Positions 1 to 14,286 are shown, counted from the stretch's first letter. The stretch: 64,000 nt of DNA from Takakia lepidozioides (GCA_030704615.1 CM060731.1:34782001-34846000), one strand, 5' to 3'. The notes: a model not told the origin generated them from the sequence alone. A program made the numbers and translations.

Positions 1-1036
1 TATAATCCACCCTTTTAACACAACAAAACAAGGGTGGTCGGGTGACAACCACCCGGGATCGTGACCGGCAGAGTAAGCGGTAGCCAGCAGGACACGCGGC
101 GACGGTGGTGCTGACGACCAGTTACATGTGCGAGTCACCTCGCCGTCGGATCCAATAAGATCGTCTCTGACAGATAATCGAGACCCTCCAGATGGCCCAG
201 TAGCAGTATACAGGACGACCATGAACATAAACCGGACCTTTCTCACTCTCATTTACTTTTACCGAATGTCGGTGTAAGGAAAAAGTTTCAGTTAGCTGCA
301 AGTGGTTTAGGTTTAGTAGGGCATGGACTCGGCGCCCTCCGTTAAGCGACGTAAATTAATAAATAGCAAAAAAGAGAATAAGTATAGAATTTGAAATATT
401 CAGCTATATTTAGCCACGGGCGAAACGCCGCTGGTCGGGACCACCGATGAACGCTTTCCGTTAGTCAGCGCCGCGAATGGAATCTGTTGACCGACGGAGA
501 TGGCCCGGTAGGTAACGACGGTAGGGGTGGTTGTCGGACGGATGGAAGATTTCTTTCCCGTAGCCCTAGTTTGAAGAAGGACGAATGGATTTAAAGAGAG
601 CAGGACGGATGATAATCAGCTGGTGTTGGGTAAATGGGGGATTTTACCGTTTGTAGTTCAAAATTGCGGGCACGGGCAGGTTACTAGTGAGGGGAGGAGA
701 GGGTGGCGCTGGCGTCAGTCGTCTCTTTCCCCCAGGGCCTTTTCCTCGCTGTGGACCCACTGGACCCACCATCGCTGGAGGCCGCACTGTCTGGTTGCGA
801 CCTGGTTGCGTGTTGTGGAGCTGGAGAAGAAGCTCACAATCATTCGCTTGCTTCAGATTCACATGCGCTGGTCCCAATTGTCTACTCATGTTCACTGGGC
901 CGCATTGTTTGGGCTTGGCTACAGTGGTGGACTCGCAGCATTCCGATCTCCGTCTATGTGTTTTCCTCTCCCAAACTCTCTGTTTGGTGCTAAGGTGCTT
1001 GCTTTGAAGTAACTGCATAAGGAGGAGCGGGGAGTG

Positions 1037-4000
1037 ATGGCAGCTGCCGGCCCGCCGGTCACTGTGGTAGTAGCGCCACCGATCATCAAACCAGAGGAGC
1101 TGCACCACCATGCGCTTGAGCAGCTGCCTGGCCTGGCCTACTGCATCAATGATAATCCTCGCTGGGGTGAGTGCTTCCTGATTGCATTTGGGTTCTGCTG
1201 AGAAGGAACATAAACTGTGAATTCATTCCCTCATCGATTGCTGAGGTAGTCCCGTGACACTGTGTCATGGTTTAGCTCAGTTTCCAGGTTCAGGACAGGT
1301 CAGGGTCGGGTTTCGAATCTCGCGGCTAGACTGATTCACTCCAAATCCTCCAATTGTCGGGTCCTTTTGACACGCCAGTATTCTTCAGGAAATTTCCCTT
1401 AGATTGATGTAACCGTTTGAACAACGTATGCTGCTTGAAGGTGCAAGACGATGATAATTCTGACAATTGGATATACATTGAAATTCCGATGGGTTTTTCT
1501 TCCGTGTTGAAGAAGCATTATTCGTTTCTCCGGAAAATCTGCACTTCTGTTCCTTCCTGTCTCATCTGGGTGTCTTCTCTATCGTGCTGCCCACTCCTGA
1601 GCATGCATTCTGAGCTTCCCCAGCATGGGATCATGTGAACTGCTGCCTGTCTGTCCCTCTCTCCCCTCCCCTTGAACTTCGTTTGCTCGGGCTTTCTGTT
1701 CACACTGAAGTTACTCAAAAACCCTCGGTCACTTTCCAGCTTGTCGAGTTCACTGCAGTCATTGCAGGTCTTGCAACACGGGTATTCGATTGCGTCATGG
1801 GAATTGTGCTCCAATGTTTGGACCTGTCATCTTCTTCTTATGCCTTTGGGTGCAAGCTTACGACAGCCATATACTTTAAAGCCGGTATAAAGTTCGGGGA
1901 CCTGTCATAAGGCGGGCCCCCTTAGGTCCTCATGACTTATCCGAGGAATTTCATTTTATGGAACCTTGCTCAGTACACTTGAGGCGATCCCCCTCTCTGG
2001 CATGGCTGCTGGTTTGATCATTCTAGGGTTTGTTCAGTTCGACCCTCTCCTGCAACCTGGGACTATTCCTCTGGGACTATTCCTCAAAGAGTACATGTGA
2101 GGGCACATTGATTGTGCAACATATGTTTACCATTCCATTTTGCACATCTCCTGAAAGGTTTTCAGAAGCAATCAGTCATGCCTATTGAATGCCAAACTGA
2201 AGTCTGATTTTTTGTGCCTATATCTTGTAAGTCTACTCGGAATGCCCCCTCTACATCGCCATGACTGTGGAGGCCTGTATTATTTTGATACTACGGATAT
2301 CCAAGTGCAGTCGACCATGTCTCCCTGTGCGCTAGGTGTGATTGCTGGAATCATGGCTGGTGTGGAGGGATAGCACCAACAAATGCTGAAACATTTTACA
2401 TGCATGCACATCCTGAGTTGAAGTTCCTTGGGAATTCTAAATGCTCCAAATACTGGACTCCTAGCTATTTAATACTTCTGTTAACTAATTCTCTGTAATA
2501 GCACAACTCTAGATACTCTCATGCTTCGTATTTTGGATGGTGAAGGTCACAACTCGTATATAGGTCATTCTGGGTTTAATCTAGCAGCGCATGTACCATG
2601 CCTCTCTCGTGGATGTGAGGAGCATCGCACAACTCATTCATCCTGCTGTGGGGAGTTAGCAGCTGCTTTGAGGATGTCGGCATACAAGTGCTGATAATCG
2701 AGATTGCATGATGCAGGGGAGGCTATTTTTCTGGGATTTCAACACTATCTCACGATGCTGGGTACAGCTGTGTTAATTCCTCTGCTTATATTTCAGACTG
2801 ACATGAGCGGCAACACGGTATTTTCTAGACCTTCGCAGCCGTGATCAAATTTACTATGGTAGGTGTTTGGCAGGCATGACTGCGAATGGCTTTCAACACA
2901 GACCAAATTGTAATTTGGTTTTGTTGAGTATTCTCAAATTCCACCATTTGCTGGCTTCCACCGTCTTTAGTGTGGAGGTGGAGTCCAAGACCAAACACTA
3001 CAGTCATATGATCAGGTTGTGTCAGCCTTGTGATACAGCAGGACCACTTTGTTGGTTGGATTCGGTGGGAGTTTATGACTGATTGTGTTTATTTTCTGTG
3101 CAGGAGGACTTAGCAAGGGTTGTTCAGAGTGTGGTATTTGTCTCTGGTATCAACACCTTCATTCAAACTATAATTGGAAGCAGGCTACCAACAGTCATGG
3201 GAAATTCCTTCTACTACCTCATGCCTACTATGGCCATTGTGCTGTCCCCAAGGCTTGTAACTATTACAGATGTCCACGAGGTGCGATTATACTGTCTCTG
3301 AACTCTGGCATCCACTTTCACGGTTATACAATTCTCAGTCTTATTGCTTGGCCCAAATCTGTTTCCATACAATGGTGCTTCTCTTGAAAATCAACCGAGC
3401 CTCCAGTGGTTTGATTATGTGGCATACAGAAGCAAGTTTTTTTGTTTTGGTTGGGCCATTTATTGACAATGTCATGAACTATTTTTTCATGGTGGCAGAG
3501 GTTCCTGCAAACAATGCGGGCCACGCAAGGCGCCTTTATTGCTGGATCAGCACTTAACATAATTCTTGGATTCAGTGGACTCTGGGGTATTGCTGCAAGG
3601 TGGGCACAAGTTTGTGCATGTTTACATGCATTCAGAAATGGTCCACGAACAAGAATTTCTTTTGTGTGTGATTGTAAATGTGGTTCAGGAATGCCTGATG
3701 GAATGTGGTCTGTATTGCAGGTTCATAAGCCCTATAGTTATAGCGCCTATAACAACCTTGGTTGGCCTCGGACTTTACGAACGTGGATTTCCTGCGGTTA
3801 GCAACCACCTGCTGTTGCCTACATTTATTCAGAGTTTGCGAAAATTACATGGGCTTATGTTTTTGACATGTTGTACAATGGTTGCAAATCCAGGTTGCAA
3901 AATGCGTGGAAATTGGTCTTCCAGGTATTTTGGTCATTCTCCTCTTTTCACAGGTACGTACTTTCTCAGAATTTGCCTCTTTGGGACTGAAACTGCACTG

Positions 4001-6342
4001 GTAGAGGTTTGAATGTCTGGAAATCAGGTTTCAAAGTGTAGAAAGCACTTCTCTTTCATGTTCTATAGTTTACTTTCTGTTTTTCTGTGGAGTTTCTAGG
4101 GAGTTTGTTAGTAATCTGTGACCATGTTGCGTATGTGCAGTATTTGAAATTTGTACGCATCAGGGGCAGACACATCTTTGAGCTGTTTCCCATCATATTT
4201 GGAGTCATTGTTGTCTGGGTCTATGCAACCATCCTCACTACAGCTGGTGCATATCACCATGCAAGCTATCTGGGACAATTGCATTGCCGAACTGACCGAG
4301 CAGGCCTTGTTTCTGCATCTCCTTGGTATGCCAAGGTTTTGGTTTCCTTTTCACTATCAAAAATATGTTTTCCTGCATGCATTCAGGTACCAGAAAATTT
4401 AAGAGTGGTTGGTTAGCAATGGTGACTCTTTATATGAAGCTTGTAAGACTCTTTGATCTCTCACAGTGAGAGAAAGGGAGACTGATTCTGCCTTTTGACT
4501 TGGCAGGGTTAGAGTCCCATATCCTCTGCAATGGGGGGCACCGACATTTAATGCTGGAGATGCATTTAGCATGATGGTAGGAGCTTTTGCAGCACTTGTG
4601 GAGGTATGTGATCCTCAGAAATGTTCTTTGTGCTCAAATTTGTGCTAACGTCAATGGGGTTAATCTGTGTTTGCAATATGTAGTGATAAAATTGTTAGTG
4701 TCGCTCATCTTGATTGTCTTTGGATGTTGTTAGCTCCCCGGGAAAGCTTCTCTGGTGACAGTACTCGTGGCATGCAGTCAACTGGAGGCTTCTATGCAGT
4801 GGCTCGTCTCGCAGGAGCAACACCTCCTCCACCACATGTCATTAGCCGCGGCATTGGATGGCAGGTACTTGTAATCCTTGTTTTGTAACTTGGGTTAGCA
4901 AATGCCACAGACTTGGAAGTGACCTTTCATGGATAGTGCTAAATATACAAGTGAAACCTGTGACATGCACACACTGATAAAAGTGGTCTATATTTTGCAG
5001 GGAATTGGAGTGCTGTTGAATGGAGCATTTGGCACATTTACCGGCCCCACTGTAGCTCCGTGAGTCTCATACTCGTTTAAGGCTTGGAAGTGGGATTTGA
5101 GTAATGCTTGTTAGGCTGTGAGTGTTGTATGCTGAAGGCGTCGTGACCCTCACTCAAATTGACATCATAGATTGCGGATGTGTATGTACAGGGAAAATGT
5201 TGGATTGGTTGGACTCACACGGGTTGGCAGTCGGCGAGTCATCCAAATTGCTTCCGCTTTTATGATATTCTTCGGGCTTTTTGGTATGCTTCTGATCATG
5301 ATTCTCACCTGTTCGTCACCATGTTACTCCGATGACATTTTACGGTTTTGGGGCCTGCTCTTGCTCACCAGCTAATGTATTTGCGTTGGCACTTGGTGTT
5401 GTTGATGCGAAACAAGTAGCACAGAAATAAGACAATAGAGGATGGGATACATGTGCGGTATGCGACTTAATGGATAAGGTGTGTTGACTTGGTTATCTTC
5501 AGGTAAATTTGGTGGAGTACTAGCATCTATCCCGCAACCAATTGTTGCCGCAATCTTATGCATCACATTCGGGGTTGTTGGTATGTACCTCTGTGTATTG
5601 CCTTAGTTGCAGAGCGTGACAATTATTATGAATTTCACTCATGTAAGAAGGCAGGTTTTAATGTTGTGTGCCCTCGCTTGGTTTGTTGAGATGTTCTGGG
5701 TTCCCCAGGAAATGGGTTTAGTTAAGTCAGAAGATGGTTTCAGTGTACTGTAGGTCTTGCGCCCCTGACCAAAAGCTCAAGCATTTTTTTGGGGTGGACA
5801 GCGGGCACTGGAATATCGCAGTTGCAGTTTGCAAACATGAACATGACACGCAACATCTTCATTGTGGGCTTCTCCATCTTCCTTGGGCTCTCTGTGCCAC
5901 AATATTTCAATGAATTTACTCTGCGGGCGGGCCATGGTCCTGTTGCCACTAAATCAGCATGGGTATACTGTACCTCTCCCTGGTTTCATTAATGTGCTAC
6001 TTGATGTAATAATGCACATGGACTACATATGGCAGAGTAGCCAGTATGTAATCCATCTGAAGTAAATGCTATTGTTATGTGTTTTAACACAATGCTTCAA
6101 ATGTGGTCTTTGTTACATGTGGGGAGCAGTTCAATGACATCCTCAACAATCTATTTTCAGCTCCAGTGATTGTGGCGCTAATTGTAGGGGTGACTCTGGA
6201 CAACACACTCACGAGGCATGTGACAAAGAAGGATAGGGGTATGCTATGGACAAAGAAGTTTCGAGCTTTTGGTGCAGACCCAAGGAACTTGGAGTTTTAC
6301 CGGCTTCCTTTGGGTCTCCACAAGTTCTTCCCCTCCAGCTGA
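1037..6342 (+). CDS. NAT: Nucleobase-ascorbate transporter (NAT/NCS2, SLC23-like), paralogue 1; 14 coding exons
   Basis: Exons approx. 1037-1166, 2717-2817, 3104-3280, 3499-3599, 3721-3796, 3894-3953, 4141-4325, 4507-4603, 4778-4864, 5001-5059, 5192-5283, 5503-5580, 5802-5962, 6130-6342, all GT-AG. Protein has EQLPGLAYCINDNP, the TM1 QH motif (FQHY), CRTDRAGL, YPLQWGAPTF, the NAT signature ENVGLVGLTR-VGSRRV and a C-terminal EFYRLP..LHKFFP. Confidence 0.95.
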
Positions 6343-9067
6343 GGGGACTTGTATACCGAGTTACTTGTTTCTACTAGAGTGTTACTCTCATTTGATTGCT
6401 TTGGAGCTGGCATTGGAGCTAAGCTTCTTTTCCCATGTGTGCTCATGGAAGCAATCTATCGGCTGGTTGTTGATAAGAGTTATAATCGGTACACACTAGA
6501 AGAATAGGTGCACCCATGGCTGAAATGGTGGACTCTGCATTCTTCTGTTTAGAAGAGATGCAACAGCTGATGACGGTGAGTTCTTCTGGAGGACGAGAAC
6601 TCAAGATATATGACATGTGGTCTACAGCGATGGCATGGTTGTTTGGGTCATGTACACAAGACGACTGTTTTTTCCTCTTTGTCATATAATTGTCTACTAA
6701 ATCCCAGTTTGAACATTTGAACCTCAACTCTGCTTAAAAATGGCTTGCCTTTAGTGCACTTCGAAGCAGTTCGACAAACAGTTTGGCTGACCAAACATGC
6801 CACTCATGCAAGAAAAAGCGACGCCCATGGTTATGTTCTGTAATCCTGAGCCTTATAGGTAGCAGATTCAGCAGGTAAAGTTGAAGATTGAATGCTCCTT
6901 GCAGGAGAATTTAACTGAGTATGATTCTTTGGCAGTGAGAGAGATAGCAGCACTAGGGACTTCCGCTAGCAAGTGTTTATAATGGAACCTAGAAGAGATA
7001 GAGTACCTACATATCTCCAACTGCGAGTACATGTGGCAAATCACCCATCAGAGGCGTCCTCTAAAGATGAGAGCTCAGCTTCAGGTGCATATTTAAGCAT
7101 GACTTTAAACACCTATGGCTGGTACCTTGTCGCATTAAATGACTCTTGCATATTGTTTCAAAACCTAACATCACCATCCTTTATGGAAATTTCAAGTAGT
7201 GGTCATGCCAGGTCATTTCCTTGAAGCTTGCACCCTGTTTAAGATTTCCTGTCATATGAGCAATAACTTTGCAAATTCTCCCACCACCCTTGTGTTGGAT
7301 TTCAAAGATTGATGTGAAATTTGAATCATGCCGTGCGCGCACAAGATACAAAACCTCAGTGGGCCCAAAAAAATTCTGCATTTTCCCAAAACTACTGGGA
7401 TCGGAGTAGGGACAAAACTGTCCAATGATATGTGACACTGGAACATGAAAGTGTGGTGCTTGTCCGCAGACCCAAGATATTCAGGAGTTCCGTACTGGTA
7501 CCTTCACATATTTATGATAAGAAAATGTAGCAAAAGTTGACGGAAGGACGATGTTTTGCTCTATGAAACCCAACAAGCCAAAGTCCAACATAGGCACATG
7601 TGGATTTGAAGCAGACTTGCTGTGATATTGAACAGCCAAGATTCCAGCGTGAATGTCAGGCTCTAAACGGCGGCTGCCCATTTATTAGTACATTACTTGG
7701 ACCACACTTCAGTAGCAGCCTGCTTCTATGGCGTCTTTACATCCTGGCTATTCTGAGTTCAAAATTTGGGGCAATCCGGTACACGGAGGAAGACGATCAC
7801 AAACTGGATTTCCATAACTCTCCCATACACAATCGTTAAGTGTATAGCCAGTTTAGCCAACACAAAATTGATGGAGGTACCCACTTATATAGTGTAGAAT
7901 ACAGGATTTTTTGAAACCCAAGGTGATGATGATCATGATGGCAGGAGTGCGAAGTAATGAGCCGTCTTTGCTGTGTTTGAAGGTCTGCAGCCATCAAGGT
8001 GTGTGTTAAATGTGTGTGTACCTCTCTACCCTGCCTCACACATTGGGCTTTTCTCCCAAGAGAAAACAGCCACCTCCACCTCGTCATCACCAATCTCTGG
8101 AGATTGGAATTAGTGGGGCTGTGGAACGGAACCCAGTACAAACTTGAGTTGCATCATTGGGTCCTGAAAGAGAGTGGGTGGGTAGGTGCCATCCATGCAT
8201 CTAACTCACATACACTGTACAAAGCACAGCAATTCTCTCTCTTAACTGGATACACAGAGGCATGACAGCCTAGAGAGATCACACAGCGAATTAGGGCACA
8301 AGAGGCGCCGAGCGCCGGCCAGCACGAGCAGCATAGAGCCGTTGCTCTTGCCTTCTTCGCACGCGCGAGTTCCCTGGGCAGTCGGATCCACTGGGATCCT
8401 CTGACGCATCACATCCGGGCCGTTTAAAGCCTTCCAAAGAAGGTGACTGGCTTTGTGGGAGTGTGGGCTGTGAATGCAGTTTTCTACCATCAAATCTCGT
8501 CCTTTGCTCGAATGCAATTGTGGGTTTTGTTGGTAATCGAAGCACCTATATTCGGTGCCAACGTTTTATGACAGTCCGCAAAATATTGCGAACAAAGTGT
8601 GGGGTTTTAGAGTGGAGAAAAAACACGGAAAGATAGGAGCTGTTTTGCGGGGGGACTCATTACCGTTGGTTGTAGGAAGGGGCAGGCTGCGTATTTTTAC
8701 TAAACTCGGGCTTTTGTCACTTTGCTGCAACGTCTTTCAACGGCAGGAGAGTCGGTGTCCTTGCGGGCACACTCTGCTGAGACTGCTGTCTGCTGTCTGC
8801 GTGTGGAGGAGTTGTAGGACACCGATTTGCTCTTTGGTAGTGGCGCACAACTCATTCTTCGGAATTGCGTTTATGTGCCTGCTGCTGTGAGTCGGCTGTG
8901 TTCTGGCTGTTGAGCATTTCCTGGGTCCTGAGCTGCAGTGATTGATCCGCAGCTCTGTGTTTCTCCTTTGTCTGTTTTCTCAGTGCTGCGGGAGATCTGT
9001 GCTTGTTGCGAACGTAGTGCCTTTGAAGCAGCTGCATTGGGTTGTGAGAAGGGGGGCAAAAGAAGTT

Positions 9068-12000
9068 ATGACGGCCCCAGCGGTAGTGGTAGTGGCGCCA
9101 CCGCCACAGAAGAATATGAAGGCCGAGGATCTGCATCACCATGCTATGGAGCAGCTGCCCAACCTGGCTTACTGCATCAATGATAATCCCCAATGGCGTG
9201 AGTCTTTCATTCTATTTTTGTGGACTTCGTTATATTTCAGAAGGTCAATTTCACTCGCGCTTTAGAAAGACTGGCTCGTCACAATGCCTACTCATCCGTC
9301 GCTATTGGAGGTTCAGCACAGTTAGTTTCTTGTGTCGCTTTTTGGGTGCTTCTTCTTTGCGTGCGCACCACTGAATCCTGCTGGACCGACACAGCATTTC
9401 CTTGAGCGACGAGCGTTTTTGCTAGTTTTTCATTCTTAATGCAATCTTGCAATCCCATTCTTTTTCGAAGCTAAAGTCCTGAAAGGGCATACGCTTTGGC
9501 ATTTCTGATGGTTTTGTGCCGTTTCCGAAAGCAGCATTCCTTTGCTGGGAGATGTTTCCGTCCTTTCCAGATCTCGTATCCCTTCTCCAAAAGAAATTTT
9601 CTTCTCTCTGCGAATGCCTGTTGTAAGCTGGCTTTATGAGTTTTTTCAGCTTGCTTATGCAACTCTGTTCCTCTTCCGCCACCCCTTCTGCGTGATCCTG
9701 GTCCGAGTGCTTTCCACGTTTACTGGTGTAGAAGCAGAGGAGACTAGGCACAGTCATTTGGAACTGTTTGGATTTCAGTCAAGGTGCACTTATGGGGGTA
9801 TTCCGGTGGCCCCAATTTAACTGGTCCCCAAACCTCTGTGACACCCTTCACCGGAGAGAAGATACCAACAGGTTATAGGACCGTACTATGGTGTGGGAAA
9901 TGTCATAAGGCATGCCCCTCTGGTCCTTACCAGTTACACGAAGAATCATGGGGTATAGCGTAATCGAGACTAATTCTTTGATGTAGTGGTCGGCTTTTGC
10001 TATATTTGGCATTGCCGCAAGTTGCACTCTCTAAGGTTTATTCGATCCGAGTGCCGGTGGATTTCCTTCAGAATGCAGGTTTCGTGGGCTTGTTTGGACT
10101 AGCAGTAGTTCAATTTTTCTGGTTAGCAGATTTGGAGAATCACAACAGACACATCATGCCTGAGAATGTGAAACTTTTGGTTTCCTAATCTCGTATATCA
10201 AGTAGTTGTTCGTGGCTTGACTACTATCTGCGTATTGACGCTCAGGTGCCGCGAACCGTGATCCCCTTACTTCTCCCTCAGTAGTGGAGATACACAAGTG
10301 GGAATTCCTGAGTCGGATTGATCCTGCTAATGCCACATTCCCGGATTGAGATTTTCTGTTCTTCTGAACCAGTACAACCTAATGTGATGGAATGTGGGAA
10401 CCAGTGTGTGGAGCTTGTGAACGTTGCCTTGTGTAGTTGGTAAGCTAATGTGACAAATAATCTGGCAATGCTCGGAGGACGTCATGGTTAATGACATTAC
10501 TGCATGTAAAATGGTAGTGGGAGTTTAGCTTGCAATAGCCTCAGTCACCACGGACTCCCATATCAATTACGTGTGTGGAATGCTGTATAGAAGCTGTAAG
10601 GAAGCACCTGTGTCACATGAGAAGTGAGTTCTGCCATTTGTTCAGAGCTGTCAATGGAGTGTTGCAGACACATTCTGATAGTGAATGTGGGCTGATGCAG
10701 CGGAGGCTATTTTTCTTGGATTTCAACACTATCTTACTATGTTGGGTACCTCTGTGTTGATTCCGCTGCTTATATTTCAGACTGATTTGGCTGGCAATAC
10801 GGTGAGCCTATTGTCTCTGTTTGGTATTGTCTATGGAAACTTCATCTGTTTTGGTGCATGTGGAAGTGTACCAACTGCCAAGAACTTACGAACCAGGATG
10901 AAATGTCTCAGATATAGCAAGTCCATCACAATTTGTGCTTGCAGAGTGTTCATTTCTACGTGTTCTTTCCTGTATAGTAGGAGGTCAGATGTTGAAGGAC
11001 GGATTTGACAGCAGTCATTACATATATCGTACCAGCTATCTGCTTAGGCAGGACATCCCTTAGTTGTCTGAATTGGTGGTTCTTGCTGATGTCAAATGTT
11101 GTATATGCAGGAGGACTTAGCTAGGGTTATTCAGACTGTGCTATTTGTGGCTGGTATCAACACCTTGATTCAAACAATAATTGGAGCTAGACTGCCAACA
11201 GTTATGGGAAATTCGTTCTACTTCCTCATGCCTACAATGGCCATTGTGCTGTCCCCAAAGCTTGTAACTATTCCAGACCCTCATGAGGTATTCTTACTGA
11301 CTTCATAATTTGTATCATTTGCTTTATTCTATATGTTCATGTCAGTTGCATATGTTTATCACATGTTATAATTGATGTTGAAATGTCCACCATTCAGAAA
11401 GTCAAGCAGCAATATTTCTTGTGGTTCATGAGTAGTTTGAGGTTTTCCCTGAAAATCTTGCCGTACCTTGTGTTTGCAGAGGTTTCTGCATACTATGCGA
11501 GCCACACAAGGTGCCTTTATAGCGGGATCAGCTCTCAACATTATTCTTGGGTTCAGTGGTCTTTGGGGTATTGGTGCGAGGTGGGAAATCACTTCCAATC
11601 TGTGCTATAATGAAGTTCTTGAGATTTACTAGTATTTCCACCTTGAGGCAGTATAGTAAGTGTTGCAGCCAATATCTGATTAAGTGTTCTTTTGCAGGTT
11701 CATTAGCCCCATAGTTATAGCACCTGTGACAGCTTTGGTTGGCCTTGGGCTTTTTGAACGAGGGTTTCCAGCGGTAAGGATCTATCCTATGTTCTTCACA
11801 TAGTTTGTGTGGTATATTGTCTTTTGTCTCTGCTAAAATTATTAAATTCAGTAGTCTTTGTCCTTGAACTATTCAGACATTCTGCAAGCTATGTTCTGAT
11901 ATTTTGATTTGATTGTGCATTTCTGTTTCAGGTTGCAAAATGTGTTGAAATTGGTATTCCAGCTCTATTGGTCATTCTTATCTTCTCACAGGTATGTATG

Positions 12001-14286
12001 TTTACACCCCCTATTTCTGTATGGAGTGTAATATGTTACATGGTATATCTTGTTCGCACAGGAGGGGAAAGAATTGTTGTGAGACCGGTCTTTGTTCTTC
12101 TTTGACTTTGATTTGCATGTGCAGTACCTCAAGTTTGTACATGTTCAGCACAAACACATCTTCGAGCTGTTTCCGATTATATTTGGAGTCATTGTTGTGT
12201 GGGTATATGCTGCCATCCTCACTGTATCTGGTGCATATCATCATGCTAGTGCTTTGGGACAATTACATTGTCGAACTGACCGAGCTGGTCTTGTCTCTGC
12301 AGCTCCTTGGTATGCCCACGGTTGACCTCATTCCTGGTTATCAAGTTGTAGGATGCAGGGTAATGCTCAGATTATTCTGAGTGTGGTTTCCTGAAGTTTA
12401 TAACAGTTAGCAGGCTCTTAGCTGTTGGATTGGGGGGTACCTACATTTGATGCGTGGAAGCAGGCTCTTAGCTGTTGGATTTACTTTTCAGGGTTAGAGT
12501 ACCGTATCCTCTGCAGTGGGGGGCACCATCATTTGATGCTGGGAATGCCTTTAGTGTGATGGCTGGAGCATTTGCTGCACTTGTGGAGGTATCTTGATTA
12601 TTTGCCATATTTTCCCTTGTATTTTCTGTTTTCAGTCTGTGACTTGTTTTCTACAATGTGTGATATGGTGCGGGAGTGAAAGCTTGCCAGTGCTAGATAG
12701 GCTGTATTTGTAATGTTTGATTATTCAATGTGTTTTTTGGTAATGTATATTGCATGTGGTAATTTTCTTTGACCCCTGGACATTTCAGTCAACTGGAGGC
12801 TTCTATGCTGTTGCTCGACTTGCTGGAGCCACGCCTCCTCCACCACATGTCATTAGTCGTGGTATTGGGTGGCAGGTATATTGTTTTCTTCTGAACATTT
12901 TAAGAATGTGACAATCTTGGAAGTACTCCTTTGTGACAGTTTCACAAGTGCAAATTCTGATATATGTTGCACTTTTGCAGGGTATTGGAGTCCTGCTGAA
13001 TGGAGCATTTGGCACATTTACTGGCCCCACAGTAGCTCCGTATGTCTCAACATTTTTCTCCATTGCTGTGAGGATTGATTCTTGATGTTGTTCTTGAATG
13101 AAGCCCTTACTTCAATTTGTTTGTCTATCGTGTACAGGGAAAATGTTGGATTGATTGGACTGACTCGGGTTGGAAGTAGGCGAGTCATTCAAATTTCCTC
13201 GGCTTTCATGATATTCTTTGGACTTTTTGGTACGTACGGCATTGATTGAATTCTTGTTACCTTTCCAGAAGAGGTTAATTGTGTTGTTATTGTGGTCTAT
13301 TTTGCTATAAATTTGAACTTTGTATCAAATGTGTTAGAGATTGGGAATGGTTTCTTATATACACTGTTAAAATAACTATGTGCATGTTTATTTTTCAGGT
13401 AAATTTGGAGGAGTACTTGCATCCATCCCTCAACCAATTGTAGCTGCAATCCTGTGCATAACCTTTGGAGTCGTTGGTAGTATATCCATCCATGTGGTTC
13501 CTCCCTTTCATGATATGAGATTTGCTTAGGTTTGTGTATCAACTTATGTAAATGTATGATCCTGTACTGAATGGTTACAGGTTAGTGTCTTGTTTCTCTA
13601 TTCGTAGTTCCTGAAGTTTGTTATGTTGTGTGAACAGTGGGAACAGGAATATCACAGCTGCAATTTGCCAACATGAATCTGACTCGAAACATATTTATTG
13701 TTGGATTTTCTATCTTTCTGGGGCTCTCTGTGCCTCAATACTTCAGTGAATTCACTCTGCGTGCTGGCCATGGTCCTGTGGACACCAAAGCAGCATGGGT
13801 ATGTTGTTCTGTCTCAGAACTGTTATGATTTAAGGTTCTGGGGTTCATTTGCTTCTTGAAATTCTAGTGTTGATGTTGGGAATACTCAGTGTTGTCATTC
13901 TTTGGGTTATGTCATCACCCAGCTTCATGCTGTTGTCAGGTGTCTGTATTTGCTGGAAGTGAGGATAATTGTGTTTTGCACATTTTCTAGTTAGACCCTA
14001 GTTCTAACTAATGCTCTAGTTTCCTAGTTTTGCACATGGTCTCTAGTTCTAATTTTTCTTTTGCATGGAACAGTTCAACAATATCCTCAATGGCATATTT
14101 TCTGCCCCGGTGATAATTGGTCTAGTAGTAGCTGTGGTCTTGGACAACACCCTCCTCGCACATGTGACGAAAAAGGATAGGGGTATGCTTTGGACAAGGA
14201 AGTTTCATGCTTTCGGTGCAGATCCAAGGAACTTGGAGTTTTATCGCCTGCCCATGGGTCTCCACAAGTTTTTCCCACCAACATAA
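9068..14286 (+). CDS. NAT: Nucleobase-ascorbate transporter (NAT/NCS2), tandem paralogue 2
   Basis: Same exon structure as paralogue 1 (exon 1 9068-9197, exon 2 from 10701, last exon ends TAA 14286). Starts MTAPAVVVVAPP, has FQHY and signature ENVGLIGLTR, ends LHKFFPPT. Confidence 0.95.

Noticed and set aside
30-540. Short inverted repeat gacaaccaccc/gggtggttgtc in CpG-rich DNA upstream of NAT1
   Set aside because: Only 11 bp, no TSD, and at the window edge, so no element can be defined.
1270-1332. tRNA-like A/B boxes (tagctcagtt ... gtttcgaatctc) in NAT intron 1
   Set aside because: No convincing D or anticodon arms, no tail or TSD; possibly chance.
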